Below are positions 1-9,063 of a stretch of DNA of 34,744 nucleotides, in pieces. The translations under genes and the position numbers were made by a program. The stretch covers positions 1-34,744 of the forward strand of contig JAAOYF010000012.1 of the NCBI GenBank assembly GCA_018221205.1, written 5' to 3'. Under the pieces are notes generated by a model. That model did not search any database. It worked only from the letters and a program-made list of their open reading frames with translations, and was not told where the DNA came from. Each line of letters starts with the position of its first letter. Position 1 is the stretch's first letter. This DNA comes from Candidatus Woesearchaeota archaeon (GTDB lineage: Archaea; Nanobdellota; Nanobdellia; Woesearchaeales; WJIZ01).

Positions 1-38
1 AGACAGACAGAGCCTGGGTCATGATCGTCCTACACACC
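1..38 (+). ncRNA. possible 3' end of RNase P RNA (truncated by window edge)
   Basis: ACAGAGCCTGGGTCATG at 7-23 resembles the conserved 3' region (ACAGAAnnnGGnUUAU, 3' strand of P4) of RNase P RNAs. The 5' partner would lie outside the window, so this cannot be verified here. Confidence 0.3.
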
Positions 39-41
39 AAA

Positions 42-326
42 ATGAAAGACATATCCATCATTAAAGCAAAGGGATTGCCGACAACCATGCGTATCGGCAA
101 ATCTGGACTGAACGAAGGGGTCATCAATGAGCTTCAGCTGCAATTGAAGAGAAAGAAGATGGTGAAAGTCAAGATCCTCAAGCCTGCATTTGAACATCTG
201 ACAAAGGCTGAGTTAAAAAAAATGCTCGAGGACAAGACAAACAGCACAATCATCCATAGCATCGGCAATGTTTTCGTGCTGAAGCATAAGTTATTTATAG
301 ACCGAAACCGAGGAAGAACAATATGA
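42..326 (+). CDS. yhbY: YhbY/CRM-domain RNA-binding protein
   Basis: RIGKSGL..GVINEL...L....MVKVKIL and IGNVFVL motifs typical of YhbY; about 95 aa and basic. ATG at 42 preferred over 21. Confidence 0.85.
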   Translation: MKDISIIKAKGLPTTMRIGKSGLNEGVINELQLQLKRKKMVKVKILKPAFEHLTKAELKKMLEDKTNSTIIHSIGNVFVLKHKLFIDRNRGRTI

Positions 327-1717
327 TTACCGAGGATCAGCTGAAGGAGATGAACTTCGATCCAGAGATGGCTGAAGAAGCTAGGAATCATGCCCCTGTC
401 TTCACCGGCTATCCCAGTCCGGTGAGAAGATACCGGATGGTGGTTGAAGCATATCATATGGCCATCGAAGAGCCTTATTTCTGGGTATTGGAGTATCTCA
501 GAAACATGTCTGGATTCCATCATATCATCAAGATAACAGATGTCTTTTCAGCAGCTGAGAACAGCTCTTTTTTCGGCGCCTCTCAGCAGAGGCTTGGATT
601 GCAGCAGGATAAAGTGAGCCAGTTTCTCGCCACTATCGGAAAGATGGTCAAGGAGCTCTTCCAATTGGTGAGAGAATTACGGGTACTGGACGAAAGACTT
701 GGCTACTATGCCGACAGCTATGACTCTGAATCAAGATCAAGGGAAAGTGCTGAGATCACCTTAAAGGGAATATGGGTAGACATGGTAGAGCAGGGAGCGA
801 AGAATCCTGCTTCTGTCTATGGAATGGCGAGAGAGGTGCAGTTCACGACCTTACCTGATCTCTTCTTCAACATCCATCCCTTGAAACAGGAAGATGTCGA
901 TGATGTTGTCGAATCTGATTCATCACAGTTCAACAGAAAAGTACGGGAAGTGCTGAAAAGGAAACTACGAAGTTTCCTGGCGTGGAAAGAGCATACCTAT
1001 GAAGAGCTGAAGAACAGACGTATCTTCACGTTGAAATATCTGAGGCAGCATTATGATATCATCAAGATGTATATGACCTGGGTGAAGCCTTATCTGAAGA
1101 ATATCGAAAGGCTGACCATGGACCAGCAGAAGATGGAGACTCCTGATCTGTTGGCTGCTTTCGAAACAAGCATGATCGAAGTCGAGCTTCTTGCCAAGAA
1201 ACCTTCTGGGCCGGTGAATGAATGCGTCCTGGTGCATTTCTGGTATAGGACAAGGCCTGATATGAATTACCAGCAGGAATACCAGAGAGGGCCATTGCAT
1301 GTCGGCAGGGCAGAGATAACCTTCAGGGCATATGTCTGGACCGATGAAGAGATCGAGAATTATCAGAAGATGAGGGCACGTGAGGATTTCAACCTCTTGG
1401 GTGTTGTCGACAGATCAGTCAAAGCAGCTATGGAGAGTTTAGGAGATGAGCTTATGCGCTATCTAGAGGAAGCAGGAGAGGATTTCCAGTCAAAGCAGAA
1501 ATCTGATCTCGAAAACGTCAAGGCAAAGGGAAGAAGGCTCTCGAGAAACTTCTCCTCAGTGAGATCATTATTCAGCAGGGTGAAGGAAAGCAAGAAAGAG
1601 AAGCAGGATCTATGGGATATAGAGATCGCAAAAGACAAGGCAACTGCCAAAGTGAAAGGCAGCATGTGGACTGTCTATCATCATTTCAAAAAACATCATA
1701 ATATGCTGAACTGGTAG
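323..1717 (+). CDS. conserved hypothetical protein (DPANN-type), helical/coiled-coil
   Basis: 464-aa ORF with GAGG-type SD and ATGA overlap with yhbY; heptad segment LGLQQDKVSQFLATIGKMVKELFQLVRELRVLDERL; no recognisable catalytic motif. Confidence 0.8.
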   Translation: MITEDQLKEMNFDPEMAEEARNHAPVFTGYPSPVRRYRMVVEAYHMAIEEPYFWVLEYLRNMSGFHHIIKITDVFSAAENSSFFGASQQRLGLQQDKVSQFLATIGKMVKELFQLVRELRVLDERLGYYADSYDSESRSRESAEITLKGIWVDMVEQGAKNPASVYGMAREVQFTTLPDLFFNIHPLKQEDVDDVVESDSSQFNRKVREVLKRKLRSFLAWKEHTYEELKNRRIFTLKYLRQHYDIIKMYMTWVKPYLKNIERLTMDQQKMETPDLLAAFETSMIEVELLAKKPSGPVNECVLVHFWYRTRPDMNYQQEYQRGPLHVGRAEITFRAYVWTDEEIENYQKMRAREDFNLLGVVDRSVKAAMESLGDELMRYLEEAGEDFQSKQKSDLENVKAKGRRLSRNFSSVRSLFSRVKESKKEKQDLWDIEIAKDKATAKVKGSMWTVYHHFKKHHNMLNW

Positions 1718-1783
1718 AGATTTTTGCCCGTTCCCTACGGTCACTTAAAAATCTCGTAAAAAGCGCTCATGTGGAACATCCTC

Positions 1784-1839
1784 ACGTCAGAAATGCAAAG
1801 CATTTCTGAGCGTCATCAGGAATCTTCGATTCCTGAGAC
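1784..1839. repeat. twin-hairpin palindromic element (intergenic copy 1)
   Basis: TCAGAAATGC-AAA-GCATTTCTGA immediately followed by TCAGGAATC-TTC-GATTCCTGA. Confidence 0.85.
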
Positions 1840-1904
1840 TTTGTTCGGAGTTCCACGACAAAGGAAAAAGTGCGTGTCCCACCCCGACACGTTTAGGTGA
1901 ATAG

Positions 1905-4142
1905 ATGCAATTCAACAACGGATATCACTCAGGAGCAGCAGATCTTTATGGATCGAGCCCTATGGATAGATCTTTCTATGTCGATAATCCTGATGCTGCA
2001 GGCGCAGCTACCGGCATCCGCGATTTCGGAGCCAAGGCGCCGATCGGTCAGCTTGACAGTGAATTCGGCTTGACAGTCAAAGATGTGGGCATGAGCGTTC
2101 CGATGGGAATCTCTGCCCCTAATGTCCAGGGCATCTACAGCAAGATACGGGCAGGATTGAGCAAGATCGAGATCGGTTTTCCTGCTGCAGGTTCGGGCAA
2201 TAGGCAGGCACAAAGTCCAGGCATGTATGGTAAGGATATGCGTCAGGCCATCAAAGAGCTGGGCATTGCGAATGAAGTTGAATTCAACACCCACGCTGCC
2301 TATAATGTCATGGGCATGACCGGAAGCCTTGAGCAGGCAGGTGACCTGATAAAATTTGATATGAACCGGGCGAGAATGGGACAGCATGAGATTGAACGAG
2401 CTGTCGATTTTGCAGCTGATGTTCCTGGTGGAGGCAGTGTTGTTATCCACACTGGTGAATTTCTCAGGCCATTGACCGATATCTATGTGCCTGATGAAGA
2501 GGGCAATCTGGCCAGAGGATCTGATGGCAGGACCATGTGGAAGCAGCGCCTGACAGAAGATAAGGATGCGACGTTCTATCTTATCGACGACAGAACTGGA
2601 CAGGCGATGAGAACAGTCGAGAAAGACCGATTGGTTGCGTATCCTCATTGGCTACGGTCTAAGAAGGAAGGCCATTGGGGAATGGACAAACAGGGCAACA
2701 GAGCATTCATCAAGAAGGATGACTATGTCGATTATGAAGGACTATTGATTCTCGATGCGTATGACCCTGTTGTCGGAAGAGTTCCTGAATTCGACGATAA
2801 AACAAGAGAGTTCAAGGTCGATTATCTTAGTTTTAATGATTTTGAGGTTGTCGCGAAAGAAAAGAATGATGCCCTGAAGAAAAGACTGGGCAGATCTTTG
2901 ACGTTCCAGGAAGCGACAACACAGACAGAGGCCTATTTTCATGCTACGCTTGAGACGAACGAGGGCCACTCTCGTGGTTGGAGCGGCCAGTATGCAGAGG
3001 ATGTCGACACCAATATTGAGATGCTGGAGAAATTGAACAAAGCGAAGGACTTCTACCAGAAGATAGACGCAAAGCTTCCGCCAGAGGAGAAGTGGAAGAT
3101 AGCCATCAAAGAGCCGAATATGCGTGTTCTCGATCAGATCATCCCTCCAGAGACAAAAGATCCGTTAAAGTATATCGAAGAACAGATAACAAATGCGAGG
3201 ACAAGAATCAATTTCGCCCGACAAGCTTCTGTCTCCCAGCTGCAGCAAGCGCAGGACACTGCTGAGACAAAAAGGCACATCATCGATCCTATAAAATATG
3301 TTGATCGGTATGCTGTACGGCACTATGCTGAATCTGCTTTGCATGCTATGGACCGGTCTAAAGACCCCAATAACCCTATCGTACTCACGATGGAGCACAT
3401 CTTTCCTGAGCGGTTCGGAGGGCATCCTCAAGAGCATAAGTGGCTGATTAAAAAAGCACGTGAGCGTTTTGTGGAATACCTGACTGAGCCTGAAATGGAG
3501 CTTGGTGTTACGTATGACGGCAAGCCTGCCATGGCGAAGAATAAAGAAGGCCTATTGGAATTGCAAAAGCAGCCGAATCCGTATTATAAAGCTGGGCTAG
3601 ATAAGGAGCAGGCTAAAAAGCTGGCTGAACGGCATATCAAGGCGACGATCGACACCGGCCACCTTAATCTTTGGCGGAAATATTTCCAGCCCAGGCCTGG
3701 AGCGACTCCAGAAGACAATGAGAATGAATTCAAGCAATGGTTCCTGGGGCAGATAGAGGACTTTGCAAAGGATAACCTGGTGGGGAATGTCCATCTTGTG
3801 GACAATTATGGGTATCAGGATGATCACCTCTCACCCGGACAGGGCAATGCCCCTATCAAAGAGACGATGAAGATACTGAAGAAATTCGGTTATGACAAAG
3901 CCTATACTGTCGAGCCGGGTGCAGATGCGTCCACAGACCTTTCTGATTTCCATGGTGTGATGAAGACCTGGAGATTCTTGGGTGCGCCTATCTATGGTCT
4001 GGGAGCGCCGAGTAAGTCACAACAGACCTGGGGCAAAGTGCAGTATAGCTACTTCGGCCAGAATCAACCTCCCTACTTCATCTTCGGCTCCTATTCACCG
4101 AGCAATGACTGGACGCTCTGGAGCCAGTCACCTATGGAGTAA
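1905..4142 (+). CDS. large xylose-isomerase-like/AP-endonuclease-2 TIM-barrel protein
   Basis: AGGTGA SD at 1895-1900; metal-binding motifs VIHTGE, LTMEH, TIDTGHLN, HLVDNYGYQDDHLSPGQG, TVEP; long internal insertion. Confidence 0.75.
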   Translation: MQFNNGYHSGAADLYGSSPMDRSFYVDNPDAAGAATGIRDFGAKAPIGQLDSEFGLTVKDVGMSVPMGISAPNVQGIYSKIRAGLSKIEIGFPAAGSGNRQAQSPGMYGKDMRQAIKELGIANEVEFNTHAAYNVMGMTGSLEQAGDLIKFDMNRARMGQHEIERAVDFAADVPGGGSVVIHTGEFLRPLTDIYVPDEEGNLARGSDGRTMWKQRLTEDKDATFYLIDDRTGQAMRTVEKDRLVAYPHWLRSKKEGHWGMDKQGNRAFIKKDDYVDYEGLLILDAYDPVVGRVPEFDDKTREFKVDYLSFNDFEVVAKEKNDALKKRLGRSLTFQEATTQTEAYFHATLETNEGHSRGWSGQYAEDVDTNIEMLEKLNKAKDFYQKIDAKLPPEEKWKIAIKEPNMRVLDQIIPPETKDPLKYIEEQITNARTRINFARQASVSQLQQAQDTAETKRHIIDPIKYVDRYAVRHYAESALHAMDRSKDPNNPIVLTMEHIFPERFGGHPQEHKWLIKKARERFVEYLTEPEMELGVTYDGKPAMAKNKEGLLELQKQPNPYYKAGLDKEQAKKLAERHIKATIDTGHLNLWRKYFQPRPGATPEDNENEFKQWFLGQIEDFAKDNLVGNVHLVDNYGYQDDHLSPGQGNAPIKETMKILKKFGYDKAYTVEPGADASTDLSDFHGVMKTWRFLGAPIYGLGAPSKSQQTWGKVQYSYFGQNQPPYFIFGSYSPSNDWTLWSQSPME

Positions 4143-4173
4143 TTTTATATATTCTGACTATTCTAGAATAGAT

Positions 4174-5436
4174 ATGCACACTATCCACATCATGAGCAAT
4201 CCCTGCTCATTGAACAATGTCCACGCTGAGCAGATTGCCGGCCTGCTGCATATCCATGGATTCATCATTGAGAAGAACATCAAGGCAGCTGACATCCTCA
4301 TCTCTGTCGTGTGTCCGGTCATCGATGAGCTGACTATGCTTGTCGAGATCAAGCAGCTGATCAAGGCACATAAGAAGAAAAAGATCATCCTTGCCGGATG
4401 CCTCAGCCAAAAGATGGTCCCTCAGGTGAGGAAGATCACCCATACCGCTTCATTGGTGAGCAGCCATAACATCTCCGGCATAGTGGGGGTTGTGGAAGAG
4501 GTCATCAATGGCAATGCCATTGATGCTGTTTCGTATCAGGAAGAGCGGAAGCTGCACCAACCTAGAGTTAGGATCAACCCTTTCAGCGGTATCATCCCTC
4601 TGCAGCCAAGCTGCGACCATCATTGCCCTTATTGTGAATTTCATCTCTCCCAAAAGCACATCGTAAGCTATAAGAAAGAAGATATCCTGAAAGAGGTGCA
4701 TACTGCCTTAAGAGATGGGTGCAAAGAGATCATTGTCGCGAGCCATGATGTGAGCAGCTATGCCACTGAAGAGATCTGGAGGAGTTCCCTGCCTGAGCTG
4801 CTCAAAGAGATCCTGGCTATAGATCATCCTTTCAAGCTGAGGATGGGAAAGCTGAATGTGAAGAATATCAAGCCCATCTTAGATGAGCTCATCGAGATCT
4901 TCAAGAGCGATAAAGTATACAAATACCTTTTCCTGCCCCTGTTGTCCGGCAATGATGCTGTGCTTAATACGTTGGAAGCAGGCTACACTGTCGACGATTT
5001 CCGGAATATCATAAACCGGTTCAGGACTGAGATCCCTAATCTTACCATCGCAACAGAGGTGGTCATCGGGCATCCAGGGGAGAATGTAGAAGGATTCAAT
5101 GAAAGCCTTGAAGTCATCAGAGAAATGAGGCCAGACAGCGTCTCTATCACCAAGAGCGAATCAAAGCATACTGAGCGTGTAGAGGAGAATGTGGTGAAGG
5201 ATAGGATGCGAATCATCCATGACATCTCAAAGAATATCTCGCGGATGAACAATGAGCGATGGCTCGACTGGCAAGGTGAGATCCTCATTGATGAGAGAGG
5301 CAAAGGAGATTCCTGGGTCGGGCGAAACTTCTCATATAAGCCTGTCATGGTGAATGGGGACTATTCTTTAGGGCAGACCGTGCAGGTAAAAGTGATCACC
5401 ACTGATGTCAACCAGCTGAAAGCTGAGAGAATTTAG
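4174..5436 (+). CDS. MiaB/MtaB-like radical SAM tRNA methylthiotransferase (divergent)
   Basis: N-terminal UPF0004 cysteines (PCSLN, VVCPV, AGCL), CxxxCxxC (CDHHCPYC), VIGHPGE, C-terminal TRAM domain. TATA-like TTTTATAT at 4143-4150 supports a leaderless ATG at 4174. Confidence 0.8.
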   Translation: MHTIHIMSNPCSLNNVHAEQIAGLLHIHGFIIEKNIKAADILISVVCPVIDELTMLVEIKQLIKAHKKKKIILAGCLSQKMVPQVRKITHTASLVSSHNISGIVGVVEEVINGNAIDAVSYQEERKLHQPRVRINPFSGIIPLQPSCDHHCPYCEFHLSQKHIVSYKKEDILKEVHTALRDGCKEIIVASHDVSSYATEEIWRSSLPELLKEILAIDHPFKLRMGKLNVKNIKPILDELIEIFKSDKVYKYLFLPLLSGNDAVLNTLEAGYTVDDFRNIINRFRTEIPNLTIATEVVIGHPGENVEGFNESLEVIREMRPDSVSITKSESKHTERVEENVVKDRMRIIHDISKNISRMNNERWLDWQGEILIDERGKGDSWVGRNFSYKPVMVNGDYSLGQTVQVKVITTDVNQLKAERI

Positions 5437-5461
5437 AGAATCGCTTCTCCGATTCGGGGAG

Positions 5462-5513
5462 TATACGAAAAGCGAAGCTTTTCGGATATCCGAAAATCTT
5501 TGATTTTCGATAT
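5462..5513. repeat. twin-hairpin palindromic element (intergenic copy 2)
   Basis: CGAAAAGC-GAA-GCTTTTCG then CGAAAATC-TTT-GATTTTCG, joined by GATATC. Confidence 0.85.
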
Positions 5514-5627
5514 ATCGTTGAGGGACTTATCAGTCCCCCGGTAGAAAACGTGAAATGCTCTAGGTCAGTACGCTTGCGACATAGCCAATTAGAAAGATAT
5601 ATATACCTCTTTCAGTATTCTTTATAT

Positions 5628-5867
5628 ATGGGACAAGGGGAAGTCATCACTTTTTTGAAGAAGTATAGACAGAGCACTCCTTATCTGAAAAAGCCCTGGC
5701 TGACTGTTCGAGAGATCTATGAGAAGATGAAAAATACAAGGCTGGCCAGTGAATTGGGCTCGGTGACGAATTCTTGCAAAAAATTACGGGAAAGCGGCAT
5801 GATCAAGTTCAGAGAGATGACTTCTAAGAAAGCGAATAGAAGGATCTTTCATTATCAGATAAAATAA
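5628..5867 (+). CDS. small winged-helix DNA-binding protein
   Basis: WLTVREIYE...GSVTNSCKKLRESGMI wHTH pattern; TATATATA about 25 nt upstream of ATG 5628. Confidence 0.7.
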   Translation: MGQGEVITFLKKYRQSTPYLKKPWLTVREIYEKMKNTRLASELGSVTNSCKKLRESGMIKFREMTSKKANRRIFHYQIK

Positions 5868-5874
5868 AAAATAA

Positions 5875-6903
5875 TTATTTCTCTACCATACCGTGTTGTG
5901 GAATGCCCAAAGATTCATTTGTCTTCTGCATGCTGGTTTCTGCATCGCATACATCCAACGCTGCCCTGATGGCATCGATATTCTCGCAGACCACATCACT
6001 CTCTTGATGGATTGCCTGCAGATAGAGTAGTTTGTTTCCGACTACTCCGATGGCTTCTTTCCAGACACAGATCTCTGGCATATCTCCTCTAGGATAGCCC
6101 CAGTCTTTTGCCAGTTCCATGATCTCTGCAGTTGATCGGACCAGTGATTCGTTATACACCACCCGTACTCTTGGTGTTTTCTTGAATATCTCTACCGCTT
6201 CCTCAACTGTCGGAGTCTTCTTGCACTCGCAGGTTATGGTATGGACATGCATCAGCGTTGAGGAGACAGATAATGCTGTTGTAAATATCTCGACATCGGG
6301 CAAGACTGTCTTGAGGTCTGGTCCGTGATGAGAAGGAAGTTCTAATACCGGAACAACAGCGTTGATCGGTCCATGACGGATGTCCCAAGGATCAGCGCCT
6401 CTCCTGATCATAGTGGCATACACTTCTTTGATGCCATATTTTGTATGGATCGCTCCCAATGTCCTTGCCAATCCGGTTGTGTTGCAACTTACAACCCTGA
6501 TATGGTCTTTGCCGCGGCATTCATCATAATTGCATTGAGCAGTAAAGCTGACCTCTCCTACATCTGGTTTTTCGCCGCCCTGGTAGATCGCTTTCATCTT
6601 AGCTGGCTCGTAGTATTTGGCCCTGTTCTCCTTTCCTTTTGGCTTAGGGGCGCAATCGATTATGATATCCACTTTCTTGAGCAGGTCTTGTATTGTTCCT
6701 TCGAGCTTGAAACCGTGGCCATCCAGCTGATGATCAGGTATGGTGTAGATAGGGATGCCTTTCCTATGTGCTGACCGAATCCGCCAGTTATGGCTTCTTC
6801 CTGTAACTCCAATTAATTCCATATCCTCCTGCTTCATCACTGCATCAGCTACTCTTTTGCCGATCGTACCAAAACCCATAATGCCTACTCTGATTTTTTT
6901 CAT
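5875..6903 (-). CDS. gap: archaeal type II phosphorylating glyceraldehyde-3-phosphate dehydrogenase
   Basis: GFGTIGKRVADA, VVSCNTTGL, SHHGPD and IHQESDVVCENIDAIRA motifs; GGGTGA SD before ATG 6903. Confidence 0.95.
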   Translation of the reverse strand: MKKIRVGIMGFGTIGKRVADAVMKQEDMELIGVTGRSHNWRIRSAHRKGIPIYTIPDHQLDGHGFKLEGTIQDLLKKVDIIIDCAPKPKGKENRAKYYEPAKMKAIYQGGEKPDVGEVSFTAQCNYDECRGKDHIRVVSCNTTGLARTLGAIHTKYGIKEVYATMIRRGADPWDIRHGPINAVVPVLELPSHHGPDLKTVLPDVEIFTTALSVSSTLMHVHTITCECKKTPTVEEAVEIFKKTPRVRVVYNESLVRSTAEIMELAKDWGYPRGDMPEICVWKEAIGVVGNKLLYLQAIHQESDVVCENIDAIRAALDVCDAETSMQKTNESLGIPQHGMVEK

Positions 6904-6914
6904 TTCGTTCACCC

Positions 6915-7922
6915 TCACTCCATATCAGTCGAGTATTCTCCTTTTGTCGCAAGACCATTCAGCTTTGCGCGCTTAAAGAACGCATCCTGGCACGCTTTCT
7001 CATTCTCAGCTTTGCCGGCCCATGCTTTCAATGCTGGTTCTTGCAATGCTCTTCCATAGGAAAAGCTCAGGTACCAAGGAGCATCATCCATCTTGTTCAT
7101 CGCCTGCAGATGTGCAGTTGATTCTTCAGGGGTCTGTCCTCCTGAAAGGAAATTGATCGTCTGGACAGATTCAGGAATGGTCTTCTTGAATATTTCGAGA
7201 GTCTGCTTTGCCACTTCCTCTACTCCTGCTCGGCTATCATTCTCTTTTCCGGAAATGACCATGCTCGGCTTGAGGATCATGCCTTCTAAGAGGACCCCTT
7301 CTTTATCTAGCGCAACGAACACTTCTTTCAGCACTGCTTCAGTAACTTCAGCACATCTCTCGATTGAATGGTCTCCGTTGATCAAGACTTCTGGCTCGAC
7401 GATGGGAGCGACATCATGTTCTTGACAGACTTTCGCATATTTTGCCAATCTTGAAGCGTTCTCCTTTATGACTGCATCAGAAGGTGTAGAATCTGAGATG
7501 GAATAGACAGCGCGCCATTTGGCGAATCTCGCACCATGTTGCTTATAGTCATCTAATCTATCCCCTAATCCTTCGAGGCCTTGAGTGACTTTTTCAGATG
7601 TTCCTTCCAGCTCGACAAGGCCTTTGTCAACCTTAATTCCAGGAACAATGCCTTTTTTCGTCAGTACTCCTGACAGTGGTGTGCCGTCTCGTGCTTTCTG
7701 TTTCAGTGTTTCCTCGAACAGGATGACTCCTGAGATGAACTCTTCGCAGCCTGATGTAGTGAAGAGGGCCTGCCGATAATCCCTTCTCTTTTCCTCTGTG
7801 GATTCGACATTGATGCCTGCCAACCTCTTTCCCATGGTAGGGGTGGATTCATCTGCTGCCAATATCCCTTTTCCTTTTGTTGCGATCTCCTTTATTGTCT
7901 GTTTTAGTGCTTGAGCATCCAT
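6915..7922 (-). CDS. fba: fructose-1,6-bisphosphate aldolase class I (bacterial/eukaryotic glycolytic type)
   Basis: GKGILAADES, GIKVDKG, FAKWRAV, PIVEPEV, LKPSMV, FLSGGQ and SFSYGRALQ motifs. Confidence 0.95.
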   Translation of the reverse strand: MDAQALKQTIKEIATKGKGILAADESTPTMGKRLAGINVESTEEKRRDYRQALFTTSGCEEFISGVILFEETLKQKARDGTPLSGVLTKKGIVPGIKVDKGLVELEGTSEKVTQGLEGLGDRLDDYKQHGARFAKWRAVYSISDSTPSDAVIKENASRLAKYAKVCQEHDVAPIVEPEVLINGDHSIERCAEVTEAVLKEVFVALDKEGVLLEGMILKPSMVISGKENDSRAGVEEVAKQTLEIFKKTIPESVQTINFLSGGQTPEESTAHLQAMNKMDDAPWYLSFSYGRALQEPALKAWAGKAENEKACQDAFFKRAKLNGLATKGEYSTDME

Positions 7923-7925
7923 CTT

Positions 7926-8987
7926 CTATCCCTCCAAACCAAAAAATAATCTTGCTTCTTCGACTCTTTTCTTCGGAACTGTCTTCAACTGGCCAAGAGC
8001 TGCTTTCATGTCTTGGGAGACAATCTCTGTCCCTTTCAAACAGGATATCTTTCCGAATTCCTTCTTGTGGATCATCTCTGCAGCATGCACCCCTAATCTC
8101 GTGCCTAAGACACGGTCGAAGGCTGTCGGATGACCTGCTCTTTGCAGATGACCAAGAACAACATGTCTTGTCTCTTTTCCGGTCTCTTTCTGGATCACTT
8201 TGGCAAGCCTTTGTGCTATCCCGCCTAGACGGACATTGCCGAAAGCGTCTTTTTCATCAGTCTGTAACACCATCCCTCCCTCTTTGGGAACAGCTCCCTC
8301 AGAGCAGGCGATGATCGTGTAATGATATCCTTTCTTTTCCCGATTCTTTATTATTTTAACTATCTCCTTCATGTCGAACTTCTCTTCTGGAACAAGAATG
8401 ATATGTGCACCACCTGCCATACCTGCATGCAAGGTGAGCCAGCCGGCATGCCTACCCATAACCTCTACAACTAAGACACGGTCATGGCTTTTCGCAGTGG
8501 TATGAAGGTTGTCGATAGCATCTGCTGCAATATTGACTGCTGTATCAAAGCCAAACGTATAATCGGTCGCGTTGACATCATTGTCGATCGTCTTCGGCAC
8601 ACCAACTGCCTTTACCCCTTCCTGATGGAGCTTCCAGGCCACTCCCAGCGTATCATCCCCGCCGATGGCAATAAGATAATCACATCTGAACTTCTTGAGA
8701 TTCTTCTTTACCTGCTCAACTCCTCCCTCTACTTTGTAGGGATTCGTCCTTGAGGTACGTAGAATCGTTCCTCCTAGCATGTGGATATCCTGGACTCGGT
8801 CCAGGTCCAATGGATGAGGTTCTCCTTTTCCTAACAAACCGGCCCATCCTCTTCGAAAACCGAGAACATCATAACCGAGAGAAATCGCTTTTACAGTTAT
8901 GCCGCGTATAACGGCATTTAGCGCAGGCGCATCACCGCCTCCATTTAAGATTGCTATCTGCTTTTTTTTAGCACCAGTAACCGCCAT
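7926..8987 (-). CDS. pfkA: 6-phosphofructokinase, PfkA family, predicted PPi-dependent
   Basis: GGGDAPALN, GGTIL, GGDDT, PKTIDND, VEVMGRHAGW and LGHLQR motifs; GAGGGGTG SD. Confidence 0.92.
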   Translation of the reverse strand: MAVTGAKKKQIAILNGGGDAPALNAVIRGITVKAISLGYDVLGFRRGWAGLLGKGEPHPLDLDRVQDIHMLGGTILRTSRTNPYKVEGGVEQVKKNLKKFRCDYLIAIGGDDTLGVAWKLHQEGVKAVGVPKTIDNDVNATDYTFGFDTAVNIAADAIDNLHTTAKSHDRVLVVEVMGRHAGWLTLHAGMAGGAHIILVPEEKFDMKEIVKIIKNREKKGYHYTIIACSEGAVPKEGGMVLQTDEKDAFGNVRLGGIAQRLAKVIQKETGKETRHVVLGHLQRAGHPTAFDRVLGTRLGVHAAEMIHKKEFGKISCLKGTEIVSQDMKAALGQLKTVPKKRVEEARLFFGLEG

Positions 8988-9063
8988 CTGCACCCCTCTA
9001 AATTATATTTTTTGTGGAAGATGCCTGTATTTAAAGGTTTTGATGGTAGGACAAAGGAGGATA

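Noticed and set aside
3982..4173. GTG-initiated N-terminal extension of the methylthiotransferase
   Set aside because: Overlaps the upstream gene; homology and the TATA box point to ATG 4174.
5550..5627. N-terminal extension of the wHTH ORF
   Set aside because: Covers the promoter; ATG 5628 fits a leaderless start.
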